From Scyliorhinus canicula (taxonomy: Eukaryota), in NCBI RefSeq assembly GCF_902713615.1, contig NC_052146.1, forward strand, positions 47,236,388 through 47,300,387: a stretch of 64,000 nt of DNA, written 5' to 3'. Under the pieces are notes generated by a model that was not told the origin of the DNA, did no database searches, and saw only the letters and a program-made list of their open reading frames with translations. The position numbers and the translations under genes are program-made. This document shows positions 38,025-50,675 of the stretch, in pieces (position 1 is the first letter of the stretch; every line of letters starts with the position of its first letter).

Positions 38025-39815
38025 AATAGGCAGACACCTTCGAGGTCAAGATAGAGTCAAGCACGGATGTGTCATTACCCCACCCTTTTTTCCCTCTTCA
38101 TCGCCAGCATCCTTTACCCTGTCAAGAAGAAGCTTCCCAGTGGAGTGGACCTTCCCAATGGAGCGGACATGGTCTACGTGTTGGACGGAAAACCTTTCAA
38201 TCTCACCCGCTTGAAATCCAAGAGGAAACCAACACTGACAACGGGCGGGATTCTCCCCTACCCGGCGTGACGGAAGGTCCCGGCGTAGGGGAGTGGCGCC
38301 AACCACTCAGGGGTTGAGCCTCCCCAAAGGTGGGGAGAATTCTCCCCACCTTTGGGGGCCAGCCCCGCGCCGGAGCAGTTAGCACCAGAAGACTGGCGCA
38401 AAAAACCGGCGCCCCCGGCAGCGGGGCTGGCCGAAAGGCTTTCGCCGAAGGCCGTGGCGGCCGCGGAGGAGAAATAGTGCACCCAGGGCACTGGCTCGGA
38501 GTCTGAGCGGGGTGCCCCCGATCGCGGGCCAGGCCACCATGGGGGCACCCCCTGGGGTTCGATCGCCCCCCCTCCCCCAGGACCCCGGGGCCCGCTCGCA
38601 CCACTGATCCCGCCGTTCCAGAGGTGGTTCAAACCTCGGCGGTGGGAGAGGCCTCCCAGCGGCGGGACTTCGGCCCATCCGGGCCGGAGAATCACCGCAG
38701 GGGCCTCTCCAATCAGAGTGGCGAGATTCCTGCCGCCGCCACTTCCCGGGTGGCGGAGAATCTCTGCCACGGCGGGGGCGGGATTTTCGGCGGCCCCAGG
38801 CTATTCTCCGACCCTGCTGGGCGTCAGAGAATTTCGCCCAACATTCGTGGAACTTCAGTATGCGGGTGACATTGCCATCTCCGCTCTCTCAGAATAGAAT
38901 TTCCAAGCTATGCTTGATACCTTCGCGGTAACATGCTGAAGAATTGGTCTCAGCCTCAACCCCAAGAAGACTCAAGTCATTTGCTACTCTGTACAGGAAA
39001 ATATCCGGTCTCTCCCTCCATAATAGAACATAGAAAAATACAGCACAGAACAGGCCTTTCGGCCCACGATGTTGTGCCGAACTTTTGTCCTAAATTAAGA
39101 ACAAATTAATCTACACCCCATCATTCTACCGTAATCCATGATCAACAGAAAAACTCTCCCAAACGTGGAACATTTCCCCCACCTGGGGTGCCACCTCTCA
39201 TCTATGGCTGACATTGATGAGGAGATCCAACATTGTATCAAATTCGCAAGCGCCTACTTTGGACGCCTTAGGCCAAGAATCTTGACAACCACAACATTTG
39301 TGCTGACACTAGGATCCTCATATACAAGGCAGTCATCCTATCAATTCTTTATGATTTGGAAACCTGGACTATGTATAGATGCCACCTCAGATCCTGGACG
39401 CAGTCTGAGATGGATTCTCCGTATCAGCTGGGAGTACAGGCATCCTAACATCAGTGTCCTTGAAGGAGCCAAGAACATCGAGGCTATGATCATCCGAAAC
39501 CTACTTAGCTGGGCCGGCCATCTGCTTAGGATGTCAGAGTTCCAACTGCCAAAGCAAATCTTCGCCCAGTTTCCTGAATGAGAGGAGGACAAAGGAAGCA
39601 CCTCAAGGACACCCTGAATGCTTACCTCAAGAAATGTAACTTAGACATCAACACCTTGGAACCCTTGCTCAGAAGAGGCCTACTTGAAGGACAAGAGAAG
39701 GCCCAGCAAATAAGCCTAAGAAAGGAATGCCAGTGACCTAGAGTCCAAGAACTGACCCCACACCCTGTGTGCGGTCAAAGATTCAGCTCTAGGATCGGGC
39801 TCATCAGTAACACGG
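38025..39815 (+). mobile_element. 5'-truncated RTE-clade LINE (RT and C-terminal remnant) with MITE and CR1-tail insertions
   Basis: VKHGC.., DGKPFNLTRLKSK, ELQYAGD, NVEHFPHLGCHLS..DIDEEIQH, LRWILRISW, LSWAGHLLRM...LPKQI, and a terminal CGQRFSSRIGL zinc-finger-like motif. Confidence 0.88.
38243..38839 (+). mobile_element. Harbinger-type MITE with AAC TSD
   Basis: aac|gggcgggattctc...gagaatttcgccc|aac; near-identical to the 40944 copy apart from an internal deletion. Confidence 0.93.
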
Positions 39816-39904
39816 AGTTTCTTAGGAGGAAAACCATACTTGTTAGCGAGAGATAGCTGAAGAATAAATAGAGGCATTAAGTAGGGAAGATTGGCTGAAC
39901 TCAA

Positions 39905-40080
39905 ATACAGACATACAATTGAGAAGAAGAATTAAGCTGTTTCTTACCACTCGGTCCCTCAATCCTGCTCTGCAATTCAATAAAATCATGGCTGATCTGC
40001 TTGTAGCTTCAACCCCACATTCCTGCCCGCTGATAACCTTTCACCCCCTCCTTAACCAAGAAAATATCTAGCTCTTCCTT
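39905..40080 (-). mobile_element. CR1 3' fragment (target of the L1 insertion)
   Basis: ttcaataaaatcatggctgatctg...cacattcctgcc CR1 tail; continues after the L1 at 46357. Confidence 0.6.
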
Positions 40081-40154
40081 AAAATTGATCAAAGACGGGA
40101 CTTTGGTGGCGGCAATGCGGAGCTAAGCCACACGTTCGGCAGCTCCCGCTTTCT

Positions 40155-41711
40155 TTGGACAGCAACGGCGCTGTTTCGGCTTTTCCCCGGGGGGAAACAC
40201 AGCCAGTGTGCCCAGCGGCCAGTGGATGGACTGGACTCGCAGTGGAGCGGTCCAAAAATCGGTTTTACCTCAGAGAACGGCGAGAAGCAGAAAAAGCAAG
40301 ATGCCGGCGGGCGGGGAAGCAGCAGGAGCTCAAAGCCGAGATTTTGGAGCCGTTTAAGGCCTCGCTGGACAAGCTGGTGGCGACTCAGACGGCTCAGGCC
40401 GGGGAGATTCAGGAGCTGCGGCACAAGGCTTCGGAGAATGAGGATGAGCTTTTGGGCCTGGCAGTGAAAGTGGAGTCGCACGAGGCGCTGCACAAGAAAT
40501 GGCAGGCGAGGATGGAGGAGATGGAGAATCGCTCCTGCCGGAAGAATCTACGGATTTTGGGCCTCTCAGAGGGGCTGGAAGGTTCGGATTTGGTGGCCTA
40601 TGTGGTCCTAATGTTCAACTCGCTGATGGGTGCGGGGTCGTTTCGTGGTCCCCTGGAGTTGGAAGGTGCCCATCGAGTGCTGCAGCGGAAGCCCAGGCCG
40701 AACGAACTGCCCAGGGTGGTGCTGGTCCGTTTTCACCGCTTGGTTGACCGGGGGTGCTTGTTGAGGTGGGCGAAGAAAGAGAGGAGCAGCAGGTGGGAGA
40801 ACACGGACGTTCGGATTTTTCAGGACTGGAGCGCGGAGGTGGCGAGGAGAAGAGCTGGCTTCAATCGAGCGAAGGGAGTGCTCCACAGGAAGGGGGTGAA
40901 GTTTGGCCTTCTACTGCCGGCTCGCCTCTGGGTCACGTACAAGGGGCGGCAATCTCCCCTACCCGGCGTGACGGAAGGTGCCGGCATAGGGGAGTAGTGC
41001 CAACCACTCAGGGGTCGGGCCTCCCCAAAGGTGGGGAATTCTCCCCACCTTTGGGGGCCAGCCCCGCGCCGGAGCGGTTTGCACCAGAAGACTAAAAACC
41101 AGCGGCCCCGGCAGCGGGGCTGGCCGAAAGGCTTTCACCGGTCGGAGCATGCGCCGACAGTGATGTCAGCGGCAGCTGGCTGCTGACGTCACTGGCGGTG
41201 CATGCACGATGTGGGGTTCTCTTCCGCTTCCGCCATGGCGGAGGCCGTGGCGGTCGCGGAGGGAAATAGTGCACCCAGGGCACTGGCCCAGAGTCTGAGC
41301 GGGGTGCCCCGATCGCGGGCCAGGCCACCATGGGGGCACCCCCCGGGGTTCGATCGCCCCCCCGCCCCCCCCAGGACCCCGGGGCCCGCTCACGCCGCTG
41401 ATCCTGCCGTTCCAGAGGTGGTTCAAACCTCGGCGGCGGGAGAAGCCTCCCAGCGGCGGGACTTCGGCCCATCCGGGCCGGAGAATCACCACAGGGGCCT
41501 CTCCAATCGGAGTGGCGAGATTCCCACCACCGCCACTTCCCGGGTGGCGGAGAATCTCTGCCACGGCAGGGGCGGGATTTTCGGCGGCCCCAGGCGATTC
41601 TCCGACCCTGCTGGGGGTCGGAGAATTTCGCCCAAGGACTGCCAGTTCTATTTTGACTCTCCGGAGGATGCCTGGGCTTTTGTTCAGACTGAGAACTTGG
41701 ACTCGAACTGA
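40155..41711 (+). pseudogene. L1 ORF1p (coiled coil, RRM, CTD) interrupted by a MITE
   Basis: MENRSCRKNLRILGLSEG, LELEGAHRV, PRVVLVRF, RIFQDWSAEV...R..F, PARLWVTYK|DCQFYFDSPEDA. Confidence 0.92.
40944..41633 (+). mobile_element. Harbinger-type MITE with AAG TSD
   Basis: aag|gggcggcaatctc...gagaatttcgccc|aag. Confidence 0.95.
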
Positions 41712-42359
41712 GGACTGGGGGGCTGGGGGGAAATGTACTTCGTTTGGAGGCTTTGCCCTCTTAGGTATCCTTTCGCCTATATATTTGCTGATGGTTGTTT
41801 CCTGTTTGTTTTCGCTGTTTTCGCTATTTTGGTTTTGGTTATTTGGGTTCTTTCGGGTTTTTTGGGGCTGTTGGTTATTTATTGTGGTTCTTTTTTAGTT
41901 TTTTCCACTGGTGGGTTGGGGAGCAGGTGGGGGTCCCGATGGGTCATGTGTCCGTCTTTTTCCCGCGTGTTGGGTCGAGGGGCAGGGCTCGAGTTGGAGC
42001 GCGGGCTTTCTTCCCGCGACGGAGGAATTGGGAGCGGGGCCGGCGCTGGGAGGGGGGGATTGGTGGCCGTGTAGCATCCGGGTTGGGGGGGGTCGTGGTT
42101 ATGGCGGGAGTAGCCGGGGTCAGCAAAAGTCAGCTGACTCACGGAAGCACAATGTTGGGGGTAACGCAGCTAGGGGGGCCCCTAGCTTGGGGGAGGGTGG
42201 GGGGGTTTGGGGGGGAGGAGGAGGGGGGGGGTGCGGGGTTGTTGCTGCAGGGATTGTGAGGGAATGGATGGTGAAGGGGGGGGATTAGGAGGGGGGTCTG
42301 CTGCCGTGGGGAGCGGGCTTGGGGGGTTCCCCGGGCACGTGGTGGGTTGAGGAAGGGCT

Positions 42360-45300
42360 ATGGCTGATCGGCGTAGAGGGAAGGGGACGGCCCCTCGGGT
42401 TCGGTTGGTCACATGGAACGTGAGGGGGCTGAATGGTCCGGTGAAGCGATCCCGGGTCTTGGCTCACTTGAGGGGGCTGGGAACGGATGTGGCTATGCTC
42501 CAGGAGACGCATCTCAGGGTTACGGATCAGGTGAGGCTAAGAGAAAGTTGGGTGGGACAGTTGTTTCACTCGGGGCTTGATGCAAAGAATCGTGCGGTGG
42601 AAATTTTGGTCGGTAAGAGCCTGTCGTTCGCCGCGTCCAAAGTGGTGGCGGATAGTGCAGGTCGATATGTGCTGATGAGTGGGAGACTTCAGGGGGAGCG
42701 GGTGGTCTTGGTTAATGTTTATGCTCCCAACTGGGACGATGCGGGCTTCATGCGGCGTATGCTGGGCCTGATCCCGGACCTGGAAACAGGGGGATTGATT
42801 CTGGGTGGGGACTTTAACACGGTGCTGGATCCGGCTCCGGACCGCTCGAAGTCTAGGACGGGCAGGAGGCCGGCAGCGGCCTCGGTGCTGAGGGGGTTCA
42901 TGCATCAGATGGGAGGGGTGGACCCTTGAAGGTTTTTGGAGCCGGGGGGGTAGGGAGTTCTCCTTTTTTCTCCCATTTTCATAAGGCGTATTCCCGGATT
43001 GACTTTTTCATGCTTAGCAGGGCGCTGATCCCGAGAGTGGTGGGGCAGAGTATTCGGTGATAGCCATTTCTGATCATGCTCCACATTTGGTGGACCTGGA
43101 GCTGGGGGAGGGGAAGGATCAGCGCCCGCTGTGGAGGCTGGATGTGGGGCTTTTGGCAGTGTGCGGGCGGATCCGTAGGGGTATAGAGGGGTATCTGGAG
43201 ACCAATGACAATGGGGAGGTGCAGGTTGGGATGGTTTGGGAAGCACTAAAGGCAGTAGTTAGAGAGGAGCTGATATCTATTCGGGCGCACAGGGAATGGG
43301 GGGAGAGGGAGATGCTGGTGGAGGAGATGGTCAGGGTGGATAGGAGATATGCAGACACCCCAGAGGAGGAGCTTCTGAGGAAGCGGCGCAGTCTCCAGGC
43401 GGAGTTCGACATTTTAACCACCCATAAGGCGGAGGCGCAGTGGAGAAGGGCACAGGGGGCGGTGTATGAGCACAGGGAGAAGGCAAGTCGGATGTTGGCT
43501 CACCAGCTCCGGAAGCGGGGGGCAGCTAGAGAAATTGGGGGAGCCACGGATGCAGGTAGGAACTTAGCGTGGGGTGGAAAGGACATCAATGGGGTGTTCA
43601 GATCCTTTTACGAGGGGCTGTACCGGGCGGTACCCCCCAGGGAAGCAGGCGGGATGGACCGCTTTTTGGATAAGCTGGAGTTCCCAAGAGTAGGGGACGA
43701 GCGGGTGGAGGGTTTGGGGGCCCCAATTGAGTTGGAGGAGCTGGTGGAGTTGTTGGGAAGCATGCAGACAGGGAAAGCGCCGGGGCCTGACGGGTTCCCG
43801 GTGGAATTTTCACATTTGCTGGGCCCGCTGCTGGTGAGGACCCTGAATGAGGCTAGGGAGGGGGGGCTCTGCCCCCAACGATGTCCAGGGCAATTATCTC
43901 TTTGCTCCTGAAGCAGGACAAGGACCCCCTTCAGTGTGGGTCTTATAGGCCGATCTCGCTCCTTAACATTTATGTCAAGTTGTTGGCAAAGGTGCTGTCC
44001 AGGAGGGTGGAGAATGTGGTCCCCATGGTGATTCATGAGGACCAAACGGGGTTTGTAAAGGGGAGACAACTGAATACCAACATGCGGAGGCTCCTTAATG
44101 TCATGATGATGGCGCCGGCGGCTGGGGAGTCAGAAATAGTGGCGTCCATGGATGCAGAAAAAGCTTTTGATAGGGTGGAGTGGAGTTACCTGTGGGAGGT
44201 GTTGCAGAGGTTTGGGTTTGGTGAGGGATTCATCAGCTGGGTGAGGTTGCTGTACAGCTCCCCGGACGAATGGGAGGAGGTCGGAGGACTTTCGGCTTCC
44301 CAGAGGGACGAGGCAGGGGTGCCCTTTGCCTCCCCTGCTCTTCGCATTAGCAATTGAGCCCCTGGCCATGGCGCTGAGGGACTCAAAGAGTTGGTGGAGG
44401 ATTGTGCGGGGGGGGGGGGGGGGGGGGGGGGGCGGAGGAGCGCCGACTGTCGCTGTACGCGGATGATCTGCTGTTGTATGTTGCAGATCCGGCTGAGGGG
44501 ATGCCAGAGGTGCTGAAGATACTCGAGGAGTTTGGGGACTTTTCGGGCTATAAGCTCAATGTGGGGAAAAGTGAGCAGTTGGTCCTGCACCCAGGGGATC
44601 AGGAGAGGGAGATAGGGGAACTCCCGTTGAGGAGGGCTGAGAGGAGCTTTAGGTATCCTGGGGTCCACGTGGCTAGGACCTGGGGGGCTATGCATAGGCT
44701 TAACTTTTCATGGCTGGTGGGGCAGATGGAGGAGGAGTTTAGGAGGTGGGATGCGCTGCCGCTCTCGTTGGAAGCCAGGGTCCAGTCGGTTAAAATGATG
44801 GTGCTCCCGAGGTTTTTGTTTCTTTTCCAGTGCCTCCCCATATTAATCCCGAAGGCTTTTTTCAGAAGGGTGAATAAGTCGATTTTGGAGTTTGTGTGGG
44901 CGCGGAAGGCCCCGAGAGTAAGGAGGGTATTTTTGGAGCGAAGAATGGAGGTAGGGGGCCTGGTGCTGCCCAACCTGTGTGGATATTATTGGGCGGCGAT
45001 CGTGGCGATGATTTGCAGGTGGGTGACAGAAGGGGAGGGGGACGCATGGAAGAGATTGCAGGTAGCGTCCTGTGAGGGTACGAGTCTGGAGGCTTTGGTG
45101 ATGGCCCCACTTCCACTCCCCCCGGCAAAGTACTCCACGAGTCCGGTGTTGGTTGCGTCCCTTAAAATCTGGGGACAGTGGAGGCGGCATAGGGGGGAAG
45201 TGAAGGCCTCAGTTTGGGCCCCGATACGAGGCAATCACCGTTTTGCGCCAGGGAGAACGGGTGGGGGATTTGGGAGTTGGCACAGGGCAGGCATCAGACA

Positions 45301-46082
45301 GTTTGGGGACCTCTTCCTGGATGGGAAGTTCGCGACTCTGGAGGAGCTGGGGGGAATGCAGGTCAGGGACTTTGTTAAGAGGCAGGTGGCGGAGTTTCCG
45401 CGGCTGCTGCCAAGGGGGGTGCAGGACAGGGTGCTTTCGGGGATGTGGGTCGGGGAAGGAAAGGTCTCGGCTATCTACCAGCTGATGCAGGAGGAGGAGG
45501 AGGCCTCAGTAGATGAGCTCAAAGCGAAATGGGAGGAAGAACTAGGGGAAGAGATTGAGGATGGGACGTGGTCGGACGCCCTGGAGAGGGTGAATTCTTC
45601 CTCCTCTTGCGCACGGCTCAGCCTAATTCAGCTGAAGGTGCTGCACAGAGCTCACATGAGCCGTTTTTTGGAGGGAAAGACAGGTGTGGGAGGTGTTCGG
45701 GTGGCCCAGCAAACCACACCCATATGTTTTGGGCATGTCCGGCCCTGGAGGGGTTTTGGAAGGGGGTGGCGGGGATTTTGTCGGAAGTGGTCGGGTCTAG
45801 GGTCAGGCCGGGCTGGGGGCTCGCGATCTTTGGGGTAGCTTCGAAGCCAGGAGTGCAGGAGGCGAAAGAGGCCGGCGTTCTGGCCTTTGCATCTCTAGTA
45901 GCCCGGCGCAGGATTCTGTTCTGTTCCAGTGGAGGAATACACGGCTCCCGAGTTCGGAGACCTGGGTCAATGACATGGCTGGGTTCCTCAAGTTGGAGAG
46001 GATGAAATTTGCCCTGAGGGGGTCGGTACAGGGGTTCTTTCGGTGGTGGCAGCCCTTTCTCGATTTCCTGGCGAAGGGGTAG
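42360..46082 (+). pseudogene. L1 ORF2p (APE endonuclease, reverse transcriptase, Cys-rich end), disrupted
   Basis: TWNVRGLN, QETH, NVYAPN, GDFN, SDH, KAPGPDGF, YRPISLLN, DAEKAFDRVEW, LYADDLL and CxxC...HMFWAC; TGA at 42927 and several frameshifts. Confidence 0.96.
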
Positions 46083-46551
46083 AGAGTGGTCGGTCTCAGC
46101 AGCAACTTGGGGGGGGGGGGGGTGGGTTTGGATGGTTGGGGGGTTTGTTTTTGCGGCGGTGGGTTTGTTATGTTATTTTCTTCTTTCTTGTATTGCTATT
46201 TGTTATTTGTTAATATTTATTTTGTGGGAGGAGAGTTCTTTTCTTGTCTTGGTGTGGAAACACGCTTTGTTTGTTTTAAATTGCGGGGAGAAAATTTGTT
46301 ATTGTTATTAAAAAACTTGAATAAAAATTATTTTTTTTAAAAAATTGATCAAAGACTGCCTCCAGTGCCTATTGACGGAGAGAGTTAGGCCCCAACTCAA
46401 GTATTGTGTCCAGTTCTGGTTGCAGAGGAGATTTAGCAGAATGGTTCCAGGGATGGGGGCATTTAGCTACAAGGTTAGGTTGGAGAAGCTGATCTGCTTG
46501 GTGCAAAGGAGATTGAGGGGAGATCTGATGGAAGTGCGCAAGATCATGATG

Positions 46552-47204
46552 GGGCGGAATTCTCTGCTCCCCACGCCGGGTAGGAGAATCGCGGGAGGGC
46601 CGGGCGACTCACGAGACAGGACCTCCTGGCGCCCCCCGCGATTCTCCCAGCCCCTGCTCGGAAGAATCGCCGCTCGCCGTTTTTTACGGCGCCCGGTGAT
46701 TTTCTGGCCGGATGGGCCGAGCGACCGCCGTGTCTGACCGGTTCACGACAGCGGCAACCACACCTGGTCTCTGCCGTCGTGAACATGGGCGCCAAATGCT
46801 GGTTTGAGGCTTGTGGGGGGGGGGGGGGGCGGAGAGGGGAGTGAGCACCACGGCCGTGTTCGGGAGGGGACTGGCCCGCGATAGGTGCCAACCGATCGTC
46901 GGGCCGGCGTCTCAAAGCGACGCACTCTTTCCCCTCTGCCGCCCCGCAAGATCAAGCCGCCATGTCTTGCAGGGCAGCCGAAGGGAAGACGGCAACCGCG
47001 CATGCATGGGTTTGAGCCGTCAGCCGTCGTGACGTCAGCCGCGCAAGCGTCAAGGCCCGGCGGCCGAGAGTTACGGAGCGCCGCTCCTAGCCCCCCGGGT
47101 GGGGGTGAATAAGGTGAGAGGAGCATCCTCCGAGGCCGTTGTGAAACTCGGCCGAGTTCACAACGGCCTTCCCAACTTATCGCGGGAGCGGAGAAATCTG
47201 CCCC
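46552..47204. mobile_element. Harbinger-type MITE with ATG TSD
   Basis: atg|gggcggaattctc...gagaaatctgcccc|atg. Confidence 0.85.
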
Positions 47205-47207
47205 ATG

Positions 47208-47818
47208 TGTCGTGTAAAAGTACCTTTAAGAAATGGATGTTTAAGCAATATACCTTTAAGAAATGGATGTTTAAGCAATGTACCTTTAAGAAATGAGGCA
47301 GCCCATATTACTGAGGTGTTGTCAGAGTGTGGGTGGAGCTGGATTTTAGCTCAGCCATTTTGCAGTGTTTAGTTTCAGTTTTGAGGAAAAGAGCTTGGGT
47401 GTGTCTATGTTTGCAGTGAGCTGGATCTGCGGTGATCTCTGCCATGAAAGACTATCTTTGAATCATTTGGGTGATTTAAACTCATAATAGTAATGTCTTT
47501 AACCTGATGTGTTTCTGTTTAAAGGTGTTAAGTCTTTTGGAGGTTTGAAGGAACATTTTGAGGGATTATTTAGTGTTGTATTATTTTTGGGGTTATCTTT
47601 GGAGTAAGGGGTGGTAAATGATCCAATGTTTATTTAAAAAGGTTAAGTTGAATTCATGGAATAAACATTGTTTTGTGTTTAAAAACTCACGTGTCCATAA
47701 TTGTAATACCACACCTGGAGACCAAACCGTGTGCTTCAAAAGCAACAATACATTAAAGGGAGTGGTTGCTTGAACTCCATGATACATTTTAGGGTCTGAA
47801 AACGGCGCTCCCATAACA
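47208..47818 (+). mobile_element. Solo LTR (611 bp, Gypsy-like) with CATG TSD
   Basis: TGTCGTG...CATAACA termini, CATG on both sides, AATAAA near 47660, and an internal 30-bp tandem repeat at 47221-47295. Confidence 0.9.
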
Positions 47819-48507
47819 CATGACAGGATTAGATAAGGGAGACAAAGAAAACCATTAACTGATGGTACAAAGGCTAGGGGACACAGATTTAAAGTCTTGG
47901 GCAAGAAATGCAGGGGAATTGTGAGGATGAATCCATTTATACAGTGAGTATCAATGAACAGAAAACCTACATCTGAGCAATGTGGAAGCCAAGGCGAAGA
48001 ATAATCTCAAAAGGAAATTGGATAGAAACTTGAGGGAAATAAACTTGCTAACTTATTGGGACTGACTGGATTGTTCCACGGGGAACCAGCATGGAACCGA
48101 TGGGCTGAATGGCTTTCTTCTATGATATCAGTGACTCTAAGACTCTATCACCTGCTGAACATATCCAGCATTTTCTGTTTTTATTCCCATTACAAGATTT
48201 TGCTCCTGAGCTTTCTGAAACAGAATAGAATTTACAGCACAGAAACTAACCATTCAGCCCAATCAGCCCGTGATGGTTTATGCTCTACATGAGACTCCTC
48301 ACATCCTACTGCACCTAACCCTATCAACATATCCTCTGATTATTTCTATATATAGCTCGAGGATGCACATTCTCATGGCTGCATTTGAATCTAGGCCACT
48401 GGCCTTCTTTAAGGAGGGAAAAGATCCTTGTACAAGGCCTCATGGATATTTTAGAGGAATTGTGAGATTTCTTACATTGGGTGGAATTTTCCATTCTGGG
48501 GACTAAA

Positions 48508-49689
48508 GGGGGAATTTTCCGGTCCCGTTCACTGTGGGTGTCAAGGTGAGTGGGGGGCGAGCATATCAGGAGATTGCAATAAAAAAACTCAGCTTTGAGT
48601 CCATGAGAACAAGCTTGTGATTGTCCGCTCCACCCTCAATGGTGTCTCACGTTTCCTGTCGCTGTACATCGGGAAGCTAACTCAGTACAACAGTACCTCA
48701 TCATAAGCCCTGCTGACCAGAATCGTCCCCCACCTGCCCCACACTGAATCAATCGCTGAGTCACGTTGGTGGTCAATCATGCCAACATCTTTCACAATGG
48801 AATGTAAGCAATATCAACTCGGCAACCTCCACTTCACTCAGAGCCTTGAAGTTTGCCTACTATGCTTCGGGACGCACTTGTGGTCATCACTGGCAGGCCT
48901 CACAAGCAACGGCAAATCGTTTTGTGGGGGGGGGGGTGTTGGCTCATGGGCAAGTCTCTACCTATCAGACCAGCGGTAAGGTGGGGTGGCTTTTCAACAG
49001 CTTCAGTGTTAGGGCCTGCCTGGAGAAAGGTTGGGAGTTCTCATGACAGGATTAGATAAGGGAGACAAAGAAAACCATTAGCTGATGGTACAAAGGCAAG
49101 GGGCCTTGAGAGGGTGAAGACTGAGGAGGCAGTGATGGAGATGTGAGGGTGTGTGTGAGAGAGCGAGTGGTAATGTCCCTTGAGCTGGCAGTGAGTGAGT
49201 GGCTAGTGAATGTGTGATGGGCAGGTGAGTGTGTGGGTTAAGAGTGACAGGATGGTTGGCTTACCCTGAGGTCATTCATCGTCTTTCAGCACTGGATGGC
49301 TGACCTCTTCTCTACAGCGTTGGCACTGACCACTGCTGCCACACCCTCAGATTGCTGGACCTGCCGTGGCAGGGCTGGTGGAAAGGACATCATGGGCCCA
49401 AAAAGGCATTCCAAGGACGGGTCACTACACTCGACTTGTCTTTCGGGTCCATGTCTTCAGCGGAGCAGTCCCGGGCTGTAAGCCTTGAGAACTTTGTCCA
49501 TAGCTTCACTTTGAATATGGCGCCCGGAGTGAGGAAGGAGAGGGGTAATGGCACTGTGGGCGATTCAGAGTCCACCCAGCAATGTTGCAGCGTATTTACT
49601 GTGGCTGTCTAATTAATGAAGCGGGAAGTAGACAATAAGGCGCAAAATCTATCATTCCGCCCAACAGGAAAAATGTCTTTTTCACCCCC
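48508..49689 (-). mobile_element. Deleted Harbinger element with a Myb/SANT exon remnant (about 49520-49264)
   Basis: TIR-like gggggaattttcc; minus frame EGVAAVVSANAVEKRSAIQC*KTMNDLR followed by GTAAG. Confidence 0.65.
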
Positions 49690-49952
49690 ACTACTGTATC
49701 CAATTAAATTCAGGGACAATTCCGTTGGTGGGTGGGAAAGTTGGCATGATTCCCAATAGATGGCAGGGCAGGATTGCGTGCCAGATCGTTTATATTCATA
49801 TACAAATGAGCAGCTTGTTGAATCTGATGGTGGGGCAGGCTGATTGGTCTGCCCTGCCATCACTTCATGGGGTCAAAGGTCTGGACGTCACATTAAAATG
49901 GAACCCACACCCAAAGTCATTCTCTGCACCCTCGGAATAGTTGTGGCGAGTG

Positions 49953-50566
49953 ATGGCCCCCAGAAGAATCAAGTCGTCTGCCCATAAGTTCAGCCACAAG
50001 TGCCCGGAGAGACCCCTTCCAGGCAGTCCAAGATGGACGGGACTCCCTCTCCCTCAGGATGGAAGACGGAATTCCAACAAGCTCACTATGTCGGGCTGGG
50101 AAGAGGTGGCTGGAGAGGTCATAATATGTGGACCTCAGAAGAGGACCTTTGTACAACGCAGGAAGAGGTAGAATGATTTCATGCCATCAGGCATTCACAG
50201 GGTTAGAATCCACAGGGATCGCACACACACACTGCCAGCAGAAGGGACATCACTACTGATTCTCTCACACAGACTTTAACACCATCATCTCCTGTGACGT
50301 CATGCACAAGTCATGTCTTCAGCCCTTACTGGAGATCACTCAGCACACACAGCAGGCATGCATACTTATAATTTACTCTTACATCCGTGTTGCTCACAGC
50401 TTTATGCAGGAGAAGATCGCGCACAAGAGGGAAGGATTGCAGGCCGCAGTGGGGAATACCGGAGTTGAGGCCACCCACCCCTTCAGATGAGCAGGCAGCA
50501 GAGCAGGCTGGTGAGGATTGGGACGGTTCCAGCATGACAGCAAGATTTGCATCTCCCACCAAGCCA
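49953..50566 (+). pseudogene. Harbinger Myb/SANT-like gene remnant (exons 1-2)
   Basis: MAPRRIKSSAHKFS...DGRR...GWEEVAGEV...KRTFVQRRKR*NDF; second exon after ttatgcag reads EKIAHKR. Confidence 0.8.
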
Positions 50567-50675
50567 GTGAGTCCTGCAGTGGTTATCGGTCATCTGAAGA
50601 CACTGTGGCTGCAATTCAATTAATTGGGAACAAAGTCCCATAACAATCATCTTAGCCGCGTGTCTCCCGGCACTT

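Larger units (their letters stand above)
40097..46340 (+). mobile_element. Full-length L1-clade LINE with 16-bp TSD
   Basis: AAAATTGATCAAAGAC at 40081-40096 and 46341-46356; TT|AAAA target; ORF1, ORF2 and a terminal AATAAA. Confidence 0.96.
46375..48135 (+). mobile_element. CR1 LINE 3' portion interrupted by a MITE and a solo LTR
   Basis: VRPQLKYCVQFW..QRRFSRMVPGM...RRLRGDLMEVRKIM| resumes after 47818 as TGLDK..., followed by the gatgggctgaatggc tail. Confidence 0.88.
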
